From an uncultured Clostridia bacterium (lineage in GTDB: Bacteria > Bacillota > Clostridia > Christensenellales > UBA1242), in NCBI GenBank assembly GCA_945919375.1, contig CAMEJD010000002.1, forward strand, positions 35,643 to 99,642: DNA of 64,000 nucleotides. The letters are read 5' to 3'. The position numbers and the translations under genes are program-made. Position 1 is the stretch's first letter, and each line of letters begins with the position of its first letter. Below the pieces are notes generated by a model that saw only the letters and a program-made list of their open reading frames with translations, ran no database searches and was not told the origin of the DNA. Of this stretch, positions 46,162-54,168 are shown one piece after another.

Positions 46162-47001
46162 TTAATTAAGGATACAATTTTTTTGGAAATTTAAAAAATT
46201 TTTATAGAAAATTGCATCAATTTGTGATTTATTTATACCGTTTTTGATAAGTTCTTGCTCAATTTTTGAAAAATCTTTATATGTACTTATTCCTTTTGGC
46301 AAGTCGGTTGTTCCATAAAAATCACTACCTACAGCCAAATTTTTATATCCAAAATTATCAACAAAATACTTAATATTTTTTACAACATCTTTAATCTGTA
46401 CCCGATTTTTTGAAATGTATTTCCCAACAAAATAAAGTCCAATAAGTCCGTTTGATTTTACTATATCTTCAATTTGATTTTTCGTTAAATTTCGCTTATC
46501 TGGAACAATATCATAAAAACCTGTATGCGAACAAAAAATTGGTTTATTTGTTACAGACAAAAACGAATTGAATGTGCATATGTTCATATGTGCAGTATCA
46601 ACATATATGTTTTCATTTTCAAGATTTTGAACAAGTATTTTGCCTTTTTTTGTTAAATTACCTTTACCATATGCTCCACCAGCATACTTGTTATCATCAT
46701 TCCAAACAAGACCGGCATAAAATATTTTTACTTTTTTTAAGAAGTCAAAATCACTGCCAAAAAATCCCATATCTTCAAAGCATAATTTAATATCATAATT
46801 TATATTTAAGCTTTTTATTAAATTCAATTTATCAAATGTAAATGCCTTAACATCTTTAAGTTTTGTTGTCCAAATTGGCGAAAGTAAAACCTTTAATTTT
46901 TTTTGATTTTGCAAATAATTTTTTATTTCTTTATTATCTTTTAATTCTGTTAAATAATCATTATGTAGTTCACATATTTGCATCACAAAAAACTCCTGCA
47001 A
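46162..47001 (-). CDS. Membrane-dipeptidase-family (peptidase M19-like) protein.
   Basis: 279 aa. Motifs ELHNDY, VDTAHMN, IFCSHTG, RNLTKNQIEDIVKSNGLIGL and VGSDFYG. The start may instead be the internal MQICELHND at 46983. Overlaps the upstream gene. Confidence 0.65.
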   Translation of the reverse strand: MQEFFVMQICELHNDYLTELKDNKEIKNYLQNQKKLKVLLSPIWTTKLKDVKAFTFDKLNLIKSLNINYDIKLCFEDMGFFGSDFDFLKKVKIFYAGLVWNDDNKYAGGAYGKGNLTKKGKILVQNLENENIYVDTAHMNICTFNSFLSVTNKPIFCSHTGFYDIVPDKRNLTKNQIEDIVKSNGLIGLYFVGKYISKNRVQIKDVVKNIKYFVDNFGYKNLAVGSDFYGTTDLPKGISTYKDFSKIEQELIKNGINKSQIDAIFYKNFLNFQKNCILN

Positions 47002-47809
47002 CCTTTTTTATCATATCAATTTGACCTTTTTTTATTTCATCAAGTTTATCAAATTCTATTGGATGTGAATAGTTATCATTGCCAAGTTCAATGGTTACAC
47101 TTGGGATATTTTTTACATAAGACATATAATCACTGAACCCTGCAAAACTATTTTTTGACCTTATTTTTTTATATTTTAATGATTTTGACACCATTTTTGC
47201 TAATTTTTTTGATAATTTTAGTTGTTTTTTATTTAATTTACAAAAACCATAATATATAACTTCGCCTTTTGAATGATATGACAAACTTACTGCAATCTTT
47301 TTCTTTTTAACAAAATTAAGCAAATATTTGTTCTCATAACTATTAGGTTTTTCTCCCAAATAGCCATTACTATTGGGCAAAAATTTTATAAATTTCCCCT
47401 CTCCAAACCCCGCATCAAAATTTTCGTTTAAATCAACACCATACGCATTTGCTTTAAAAAGACTAAAATCTTGACTTTTGTTTATTCTTTTTATCATATG
47501 TTTTGTTTGTTCATCTTTTATCCACTCAGTTCCATCAAGACATAGTCTTATCCCATCTGGATTAAGCATTGGCAAAATATAGCAACCAACATCAGTTTTT
47601 AGATTTTGAACAAGATACAAGCAAAGCAATGTTGAAATATATTCTCTTGCATGTATTCCCCCAGTTATTAAAATTTGCTTACTTGTATATCTTCCAATAT
47701 GAAAAGCAATCAAATCTTGACCTAGCATACTTTTGCCATAAACATAACACTTATAAGATTTTTTTAGTTCATCAATTCTTGATTGCAAAAATTCAAAATT
47801 ATCTATCAT
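46970..47809 (-). CDS. Peptidase M14 carboxypeptidase (gamma-D-glutamyl-meso-diaminopimelate peptidase-like).
   Basis: 279 aa. Motifs GGIHAREYIST (HxxE zinc site), LPMLNPDG, VDLNENF and LSYHSKGEVIYY. The ATG overlaps the upstream TGA (ATGA). Confidence 0.8.
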   Translation of the reverse strand: MIDNFEFLQSRIDELKKSYKCYVYGKSMLGQDLIAFHIGRYTSKQILITGGIHAREYISTLLCLYLVQNLKTDVGCYILPMLNPDGIRLCLDGTEWIKDEQTKHMIKRINKSQDFSLFKANAYGVDLNENFDAGFGEGKFIKFLPNSNGYLGEKPNSYENKYLLNFVKKKKIAVSLSYHSKGEVIYYGFCKLNKKQLKLSKKLAKMVSKSLKYKKIRSKNSFAGFSDYMSYVKNIPSVTIELGNDNYSHPIEFDKLDEIKKGQIDMIKKVAGVFCDANM

Positions 47810-49671
47810 AACAAACTTTCAATGGTCTTTTTAATTTTATTTGCAATCTTTTGTGCTTTTTGGTTATCTATACATTCAACTGTTATTCTAATCTTTGGTT
47901 CAGTTCCACTCGCTCTAACAATAATTCTTCCACTGCCTGCAAGTGCTTTTTCTTGCCTTTTGATTTCAAGCAATACAGCATCGCTCTTGATTATCTTTTT
48001 ATTTTCTGTTTTTACGCTCAAATTTACAGTTGAATACATATTCAATTTCATTGCTTTATCAAATAGTTCAGGTTTCTCTTTGAATATCTTTAACAAATAT
48101 AGTGCAGTCAATATTCCATCTCCCGTTGTTGAAAGTTCACTTATGATAATATGCCCACTTGTTTCAGCCCCAATGTTATACTTTTTTGATTTCATTATCT
48201 TTGCGATGTTTCTATCTCCAACATCAGTTCTTATTAACCTTGTGCCAATTTTTTCCAAATGTTTTTCAAGTGCCATATTCGTCATTATTGTACCAACTGC
48301 ATATTTTTCGTTTTTATATTTTGCAAGTATCCAAAGAATTTTATCTCCGTCAAGTACAATATTGTCTTTTGTTATGCACATAACTCTGTCAGCATCTCCA
48401 TCAAAGCAAAAACCAATATCACATTTTGATTTTTTCATATTCTGTATAAATATATTTTCATCTAAAACACTTGCATTTTTGTTAATTTCACCACTATCAT
48501 TAACAACAACAGTTTTTGCGCCCAAACTTTCAAAAATTGTCTTTGCATATGAACTTACTGCACCATTTGACAAATCTAAAAATATTTTCAAATCACTTAA
48601 ATCTTTGTCGCAAACTAGGTTTAAAAATTTAATATAAGCATCTGTACTAACCTTTTTGATTACGGGTTTTTTATTGGATTTTTGCAGTTTTAAGCCTTTT
48701 TCAAGCAAAATTTCTTGATTTTCATTTAATTTATACCCATTTTTATTAAAAATCTTTATTCCATTATATTCACTTGGATTATGACTGGCAGTTATCATTA
48801 CACCATAATCAAACTCAAAAAATCTGGTTAAAAACGCAACACCAGCCGTTGAAATGATACCGGCATCAAAAATTTCAGCACCGTTTTGCGATAGACCTTT
48901 TGCAAAACTTTGCAATATTTTTTCGCCACTTTCTCTTGTATCTCTGCCGATAAGAACTTTTGCATTTTTTGTCATTTTTGCAAGAGAAAATCCAACTTCT
49001 TGACAAAGTTCAAGTGTCAATTTTTCACCAAATACTCCACGAATGCCATCTGTTCCAAAGTATTTGAGTGGACTAGAAAAATTTTGCAAATACATATTTA
49101 GCACACCATGTTTAATTTCATTTCGACTTCTGCCAATACAAAATTCACCTTTTGAAACATTGTCCGTAACGGTAGTGCCTGCTGCAATAAATGTTTCATC
49201 TTCCAAAATAACAGGTGAAATTATATTACAGTTACTACCAATAAAAACTCTATCTCCAACAACACTTCTTGTTTTATTCTTTCCGTCATAATTACAAAAA
49301 ATAACACCACAGCCGATGTTGCAATCTTTTCCAATGTCAGCATCACCAACATAACTTAAATGTGGGATTTTTGACCTTTCACCAATTATGCTATTTTTTA
49401 TTTCACAAAAGTTACCAATACTGACTCCGTCCATAATAACACTGCCTGGTCTAATTCTTGCATATGGCCCAATTTTAACATTATTATGTATTTCTGCCCC
49501 ATCAATATTGCTATCAATAATTGTAACATTATCGCCGATAGCAACATTGTTTAATCTTGAATTTTGAATTTTACAATTTTTCCCAATAGTAATTTCTCCG
49601 GACATTTTAACCGATGAATCAATAACCGAACTACTATCTATATTAAAAAAATCACCCATAATATTCTCCAA
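47806..49671 (-). CDS. glmM: Fusion protein: N-terminal left-handed beta-helix acetyltransferase (GlmU C-terminal-domain type) joined to C-terminal phosphoglucosamine mutase (GlmM).
   Basis: 621 aa. Residues about 1-190 contain hexapeptide repeats and PHLSYVGDADIGKDCNIGCGVIFCNYDGKNKTRSVVGDRVFIGSNCNIISPV, which is GlmU acetyltransferase-like. Residues about 205-621 contain FGTDGIRG, the active-site segment ITASHNPSEYNGIKIF, GFCFDGDADR and AETSGH, which are GlmM-like. Confidence 0.85.
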   Translation of the reverse strand: MENIMGDFFNIDSSSVIDSSVKMSGEITIGKNCKIQNSRLNNVAIGDNVTIIDSNIDGAEIHNNVKIGPYARIRPGSVIMDGVSIGNFCEIKNSIIGERSKIPHLSYVGDADIGKDCNIGCGVIFCNYDGKNKTRSVVGDRVFIGSNCNIISPVILEDETFIAAGTTVTDNVSKGEFCIGRSRNEIKHGVLNMYLQNFSSPLKYFGTDGIRGVFGEKLTLELCQEVGFSLAKMTKNAKVLIGRDTRESGEKILQSFAKGLSQNGAEIFDAGIISTAGVAFLTRFFEFDYGVMITASHNPSEYNGIKIFNKNGYKLNENQEILLEKGLKLQKSNKKPVIKKVSTDAYIKFLNLVCDKDLSDLKIFLDLSNGAVSSYAKTIFESLGAKTVVVNDSGEINKNASVLDENIFIQNMKKSKCDIGFCFDGDADRVMCITKDNIVLDGDKILWILAKYKNEKYAVGTIMTNMALEKHLEKIGTRLIRTDVGDRNIAKIMKSKKYNIGAETSGHIIISELSTTGDGILTALYLLKIFKEKPELFDKAMKLNMYSTVNLSVKTENKKIIKSDAVLLEIKRQEKALAGSGRIIVRASGTEPKIRITVECIDNQKAQKIANKIKKTIESLL

Positions 49672-49707
49672 AAAATATATATGAATGATTTAATTTTTTT
49701 GTTTATT

Positions 49708-50049
49708 TTATAACACAACAAATGTTATTCCTGGGTTATTTGCACCCAAATCATTATCATCGTGATAATTTTTTAAATTTGTAACAATATTAAAACATTT
49801 TTGATTTGCCAAATCCCATTCATTGCCAAGCAAAAAATCTTTTATTTTTTTCTCTTTTTTTAGTTTAAAACACAATGTCCTTAAATTTCTGCAAATATCT
49901 CCACCTTTCCCATGAGAACCATAGCCATGCAAGACTTTTATAACTTTAACACCTTCCAACTTACATCTTTCCAATTCAATTTCAAACATTGCAAGTGCTA
50001 GTTCAACAGTTGGGGAATCTTCTTTTAAATTTAGTTGTTTATAGTCCAT
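49708..50049 (-). CDS. Small Smr-like domain protein.
   Basis: Preferred start is MDYKQLNLKE at 50049. Segments VELALAMFEIELERCKLEGVKVIKVLHGYGSHGKGGDI and the ending NPGITFVVL resemble the Smr fold, but the canonical N-terminal DLHG is absent. Confidence 0.4.
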   Translation of the reverse strand: MDYKQLNLKEDSPTVELALAMFEIELERCKLEGVKVIKVLHGYGSHGKGGDICRNLRTLCFKLKKEKKIKDFLLGNEWDLANQKCFNIVTNLKNYHDDNDLGANNPGITFVVL

Positions 50050-50986
50050 TTTTTGCAACCTTTTTGTTATCATTTCCATATATGAGCATAAGAACAACAA
50101 CTAAAACTATTGTTATAATTAGTGCCAAAGCATACCAAACTTTTGCATTTGCATAGGTGTTCCAAGTGCTGATTTCTCTGTCAGCATTATCTATACTCAT
50201 ATTCCATTCGTGATAGTACATTCCATTTATATTTCTTATTTGGTCAGCATCGCTATGCAATCTTCTTGATGAAGTCCCATATCTATATAAGAAATCTTTT
50301 GGTGGAATTTCATTGTAAATTTTTTCTTTTTGCTCATCGGTTAAAATTGTGTTATCTTTTAACTCATCTTCAAGAAATTCTTTTGAAATTTTATTAAGAT
50401 ATTTCGCAAAACTCATGTTTGTTGCGTATTCAACATTAACAGAAAAAATGGTTTTGTTTGTATAGATTTTGTCTGTTGTTAAGAAATTATGAACAATTTT
50501 TGCATCATCTTTTTTCAATTCTTCAACAAGTTCATTATATTTATAATCTGTATTGAAATAATAATATGCAAGAGCATTTTTAAACTTAAATTCATAGGTT
50601 ATTCCTGTGCTGGTTGAATTGCCAAACAACAAGCCTTTTCCACACATATCTTCTTGTGTTGGGCAAAATGATTTAAGCAAGTTTTTATCATCATCAGTTA
50701 AGCCGTCATCACTTGCTAACTTTGCTAGGAAAATTTGGTATCTGTTTTCAAATTTATCATCAATTTGTTTTTTCACATGCCGACATATTTTGTCCGCAGT
50801 TTCACCATCTATTCCATATGCCTTGTCAGCATTAACAAATTCATAAACAGAAAATGGAACATAAATAGTTTGTGTTACTTCACCATTTTCTTTTTGTTCC
50901 AAAGTGTATTGTGTGGGCACAGTGCAACCACACAACAAAAACATACATAAACAAATTATAACAACTAATACTCTTTTTGCTTTCAT
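50039..50986 (-). CDS. Lipoprotein or membrane protein of unknown function.
   Basis: 315 aa. N-terminus MKAKRVLVVIICLCMFLLCGC is lipobox-like. C-terminal TM helix VWYALALIITIVLVVVLMLIYG. Confidence 0.7.
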   Translation of the reverse strand: MKAKRVLVVIICLCMFLLCGCTVPTQYTLEQKENGEVTQTIYVPFSVYEFVNADKAYGIDGETADKICRHVKKQIDDKFENRYQIFLAKLASDDGLTDDDKNLLKSFCPTQEDMCGKGLLFGNSTSTGITYEFKFKNALAYYYFNTDYKYNELVEELKKDDAKIVHNFLTTDKIYTNKTIFSVNVEYATNMSFAKYLNKISKEFLEDELKDNTILTDEQKEKIYNEIPPKDFLYRYGTSSRRLHSDADQIRNINGMYYHEWNMSIDNADREISTWNTYANAKVWYALALIITIVLVVVLMLIYGNDNKKVAKNGL

Positions 50987-51061
50987 ATATAATATATTAA
51001 CATATTTATGTGTAAAAATAAAAATATATTAACAATATTTAAAAATAAGTGTAAAAAACCG

Positions 51062-51619
51062 TCAGCTTTGCCGGCAATTTTGTTTATTTGCTCTTAACAT
51101 CCCATAGTCGTCTTTTGTTATTTCATAGTAATCGCACACATATGTTTGATTATTTTTTTTCCGTGTAAGAATTTCAGTATGGTTATATTTTAATCCACAA
51201 CTTTGTTGCATCTTTGCCGAAGGAATATTATTCCTATCGCATGAACAGATAATTTTTTGTGCATTTTTTGTTTTAAATAAATAGTCCAAAAATGCGTTTA
51301 ATATTTGCCTTCCATAACCTTTACCAACATAACTTACACCAATTCCTATTCCGCTATCTTCATAAACATTTGGCATTATTTCAGTCATTCCCGCCATTCC
51401 AATAGCCTTTTTTGTTGCTTTTTCATAAACAAAAAATGATAAATTGGTTTTTTGATATTCAATAATTTGTTTTAATCTTTCCTTTGCTTCTTGCAAATTT
51501 TTGCAAGGAGACCACAACATATATTTTGCAGTTTCTTCATACTTCCAATAATTGTTATATATGTCGTCAAAATCTTCCATCTTTGCTTTGTCCAAAATTA
51601 AATCTTTTGTTTCTAACAT
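51062..51619 (-). CDS. GNAT-family N-acetyltransferase.
   Basis: Start MLETKDLIL at 51619 with AGGAG 7 nt upstream. Segments GIGVSYVGKGYGRQILNAFLDYLF and IICSCDRNNIPSAKMQQSCGLKY. The track start at 51748 runs into the tRNA gene and is rejected. Confidence 0.75.
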   Translation of the reverse strand: MLETKDLILDKAKMEDFDDIYNNYWKYEETAKYMLWSPCKNLQEAKERLKQIIEYQKTNLSFFVYEKATKKAIGMAGMTEIMPNVYEDSGIGIGVSYVGKGYGRQILNAFLDYLFKTKNAQKIICSCDRNNIPSAKMQQSCGLKYNHTEILTRKKNNQTYVCDYYEITKDDYGMLRANKQNCRQS

Positions 51620-51671
51620 ATTTTGCTCCTTAGAGTAGATTGCATAGTTGTAACAAAAATAAAATGTTTCT

Positions 51672-51755
51672 TGGTGCAGATGACAGGACTTGAACCTGCA
51701 AGGTTTCCCACTAGAACCTGAATCTAGCGCGTGTACCAATTTCGCCACATCTGCA
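51672..51755 (-). tRNA. tRNA-Leu (anticodon CAG), class II with a long variable arm and an encoded CCA end.
   Basis: Minus-strand sequence tgcagatgtggcgaaattggtacacgcgctagattcaggttctagtgggaaaccttgcaggttcaagtcctgtcatctgcacca. Acceptor tgcagat/atctgca, anticodon stem ctaga/tctag with loop ttCAGgt, T arm caggttcaagtcctg. Confidence 0.9.
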
Positions 51756-51946
51756 TACCTTGTAAGTTTACAACATATTTATCTTTTTTTCAACTCAAAA
51801 ACATAACCAAAATATATTTTTATATTTAATTGTGCAAAAGTTTATATCGTATATCTTAATGTTACTTTTATAGAATATAATTGTTTGGTAAACAATTGTC
51901 AAAAAAATACTTTCTAATCAATAAAAAAAGACTAAAAAAGTCTTTT

Positions 51947-52771
51947 TTAAAATGTTAACTCATCGCTATTTTCTTTTGGTATATATTTCTCAACGGTTGT
52001 ATATTTTGGTGTTGACACTGTTACATCAAACTTTAGATTATCGTTATTTTTAACTTTGTATACACTATTTACCATTTCCAAATCATCTTTTGTTAAGTCA
52101 TGAATATAGTTCGGACCTTTGCCCGATTCATAATACATTATCGTTTTATTTATTTCAGCACTATCATAAATATCAACAAAACCCAATGTGTGTAACATTT
52201 CATGTTTTATGATACCTTTTAAGTAGTCAGTGTCATTTTTATCTAAATTTTCTTGTGGAACAATTTTATCAATTTGCACTTCCATTTTTATTGGATAATT
52301 TATATATCCCCAAAACCCTGTCGAATTAATTTTTGTAACCGCAAGACCATAACCGCTATCGCTTTCTGCCCTATTGATATTTATTGACTTAAATGCCTTT
52401 TTTGAGTTATCTAATTCAACCTTATATGTAACCCCTGTAAGTTCAACGTCAAGTTCTTCAACTGCATTTTTTATGCATTGTTTTTGTTCACTAGAAAAGT
52501 TTTCATCTATCATAACTTGAATATCTTTATTGGTTAATGGCAATGTTAGAGGCACTCTAAATATATTTTGCATAAATCTATCTTTTTCAACACCATTTGT
52601 TTTGTAATTTGAATTTACCATTGTATATACAAAACTTCCGCCCAATGCAATCATAAAAACTATTGACACTTTTTCGGCAATATTCCAAAATTTATCTACT
52701 ATTGTTGGTTTTTTTTCGCCTCGAGATAATGATAATATATCTTCTATGTCTACTGTTTTTTCTTTCTTCAT
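51947..52771 (-). CDS. Membrane-anchored metzincin-like zinc metalloprotease (HExxHxxGxxD type), paralog 1.
   Basis: 274 aa. N-terminal TM helix VSIVFMIALGGSFVYTMV. Catalytic motif IIKHEMLHTLGFVDIYD, followed by the Met-turn-like KTIMYYE. RBS GAAGGGGA. Confidence 0.7.
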   Translation of the reverse strand: MKKEKTVDIEDILSLSRGEKKPTIVDKFWNIAEKVSIVFMIALGGSFVYTMVNSNYKTNGVEKDRFMQNIFRVPLTLPLTNKDIQVMIDENFSSEQKQCIKNAVEELDVELTGVTYKVELDNSKKAFKSININRAESDSGYGLAVTKINSTGFWGYINYPIKMEVQIDKIVPQENLDKNDTDYLKGIIKHEMLHTLGFVDIYDSAEINKTIMYYESGKGPNYIHDLTKDDLEMVNSVYKVKNNDNLKFDVTVSTPKYTTVEKYIPKENSDELTF

Positions 52772-52881
52772 AAATCCCCTTCTTTGTTTTTAGTATACCA
52801 TAGGCATATAATAATTTCAATAAGATATATAAATTTGACAAAACAAAAGTTATATGATATATATAATTATAGGAGAAATTT

Positions 52882-53316
52882 ATGAAATATATAATTTTTT
52901 TGGCAAGTGTTGCAATGATTGTCCTGACTTTTGCATTTCCTTGCTTTGCATACCCAGTTGGAAGTTATAATGGTTCAAGCGAAATTGTTTCTGGAGTTAA
53001 AGTTGAATATTCAATATCTTTCCACTTTGACGGAACAATTGACTATCAAATTGCAAGTTTATCAAACAAGGACTCTGACAAAAAAACTTATTACAAAATT
53101 GTTGATGGAAAGATATACATATCAAACAACAAGGATTTTGATGTAAAAGACGGAGTAGTTCTTGCTTCAATGAAGAACTTGTTTACTATAAGTGACAAAG
53201 ATGGTTCAACCGAAGTGACTTTAACAAGTGTTGCAGGGATTATATTCACTTGTGCTTATGGTGTGCTTGCACTTGTGTCACTTCTTACAATGTTTAGAAA
53301 AAAGAAAAGAAGATAA
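52882..53316 (+). CDS. Small secreted protein with a C-terminal membrane anchor; function unknown.
   Basis: 144 aa with RBS TAGGAGAAA. Signal peptide MKYIIFLASVAMIVLTFAFPCFA. C-terminal TM helix plus RKKKRR. Confidence 0.7.
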   Translation: MKYIIFLASVAMIVLTFAFPCFAYPVGSYNGSSEIVSGVKVEYSISFHFDGTIDYQIASLSNKDSDKKTYYKIVDGKIYISNNKDFDVKDGVVLASMKNLFTISDKDGSTEVTLTSVAGIIFTCAYGVLALVSLLTMFRKKKRR

Positions 53317-53335
53317 AACAAAATATTACAAACAA

Positions 53336-53369
53336 AAAACAAATCTCAAAAAATGAGATTTGTTTTTTA
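53336..53369. terminator. Bidirectional hairpin terminator between convergent genes.
   Basis: acaaatctca (53339-53348) / tgagatttgt (53354-53363), flanked by A- and T-runs. Confidence 0.6.
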
Positions 53370-54113
53370 TTACATAGAAAGTTCTTCTTCTTTTTGTTTC
53401 ACTTTGCATTCAATTTTCATATTTTCCGGTCTTGCTACAGAAATATAATCATTGTCATACATTGATTTTATATTATTTTTGTCAAGTTCAGAAAAATCAT
53501 CTAATTCCATACCATTGTCAACGGAATGCCACATAATCGTTTTGTTGAAATATTGTTCGTCATATATATCTTTAAATCCAAGGGTATGCATCATTTCGTG
53601 CTTTACGACATAATCAACCAAACTTACTCCGTTTGAACTATAGTAATTTACGATACTATCATCAATTGTGATGTTTAGTGGATATATTAGATAACCAGTG
53701 TCTTTTTTGTAAGTGAAATTTATATTTCCTAAAGCTTCTTTTGCTTCTTGCAAATTCTTATCAACTGATATGTTTATATCAGCATATATTGAACTATTAT
53801 CTGTGTCAATAATTTTATAATTTAGTGTATTACTAATACTATCAAGGTCATGTATTGCTTTTATTGCTTGCTTTCTTTCTTCGCCTGTCATATCAACATT
53901 TACAACAATAGGGTCTTTTACTTTTGCTTTGATTGGAACACCATTTTCAGTTTCAAGCAAAAATGGTAAAACATCTTTGTATTTTTCTCTTTCAACCTTT
54001 CTTACCTTGTTATTTATATTAGTATTTATTGCAATTGACCCAAGTATTCCGGCGGGTACACCAAGAATAAATGACACTGCAATAAACATTCCGCCCAATT
54101 TTCTTTTAATCAT
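53370..54113 (-). CDS. Membrane-anchored metzincin-like zinc metalloprotease (HExxHxxGxxD type), paralog 2.
   Basis: 247 aa. N-terminal TM helix GGMFIAVSFILGVPAGILGSIAI. Catalytic motif VVKHEMMHTLGFKDIYD, followed by KTIMWHS. RBS AAGGGGGA. Confidence 0.7.
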   Translation of the reverse strand: MIKRKLGGMFIAVSFILGVPAGILGSIAINTNINNKVRKVEREKYKDVLPFLLETENGVPIKAKVKDPIVVNVDMTGEERKQAIKAIHDLDSISNTLNYKIIDTDNSSIYADINISVDKNLQEAKEALGNINFTYKKDTGYLIYPLNITIDDSIVNYYSSNGVSLVDYVVKHEMMHTLGFKDIYDEQYFNKTIMWHSVDNGMELDDFSELDKNNIKSMYDNDYISVARPENMKIECKVKQKEEELSM

Positions 54114-54168
54114 AATTCCCCCTTTTTTGCATTATAACATTACTTGAAAATATTTTCAATATATATCG

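Noticed and set aside
47783-48637. A 284-aa plus-strand ORF.
   Set aside because: It is antisense to the well-supported GlmU(LbH)-GlmM fusion gene. The sequence is F/S/I/L-rich with no motif, so it is a shadow ORF.
51620-51748. The N-terminal extension of the GNAT ORF in the track (228 aa, starting at 51748).
   Set aside because: The extension overlaps tRNA-Leu (51672-51755) on the same strand. The internal ATG at 51619 has an AGGAG RBS and gives a normal-length GNAT protein.
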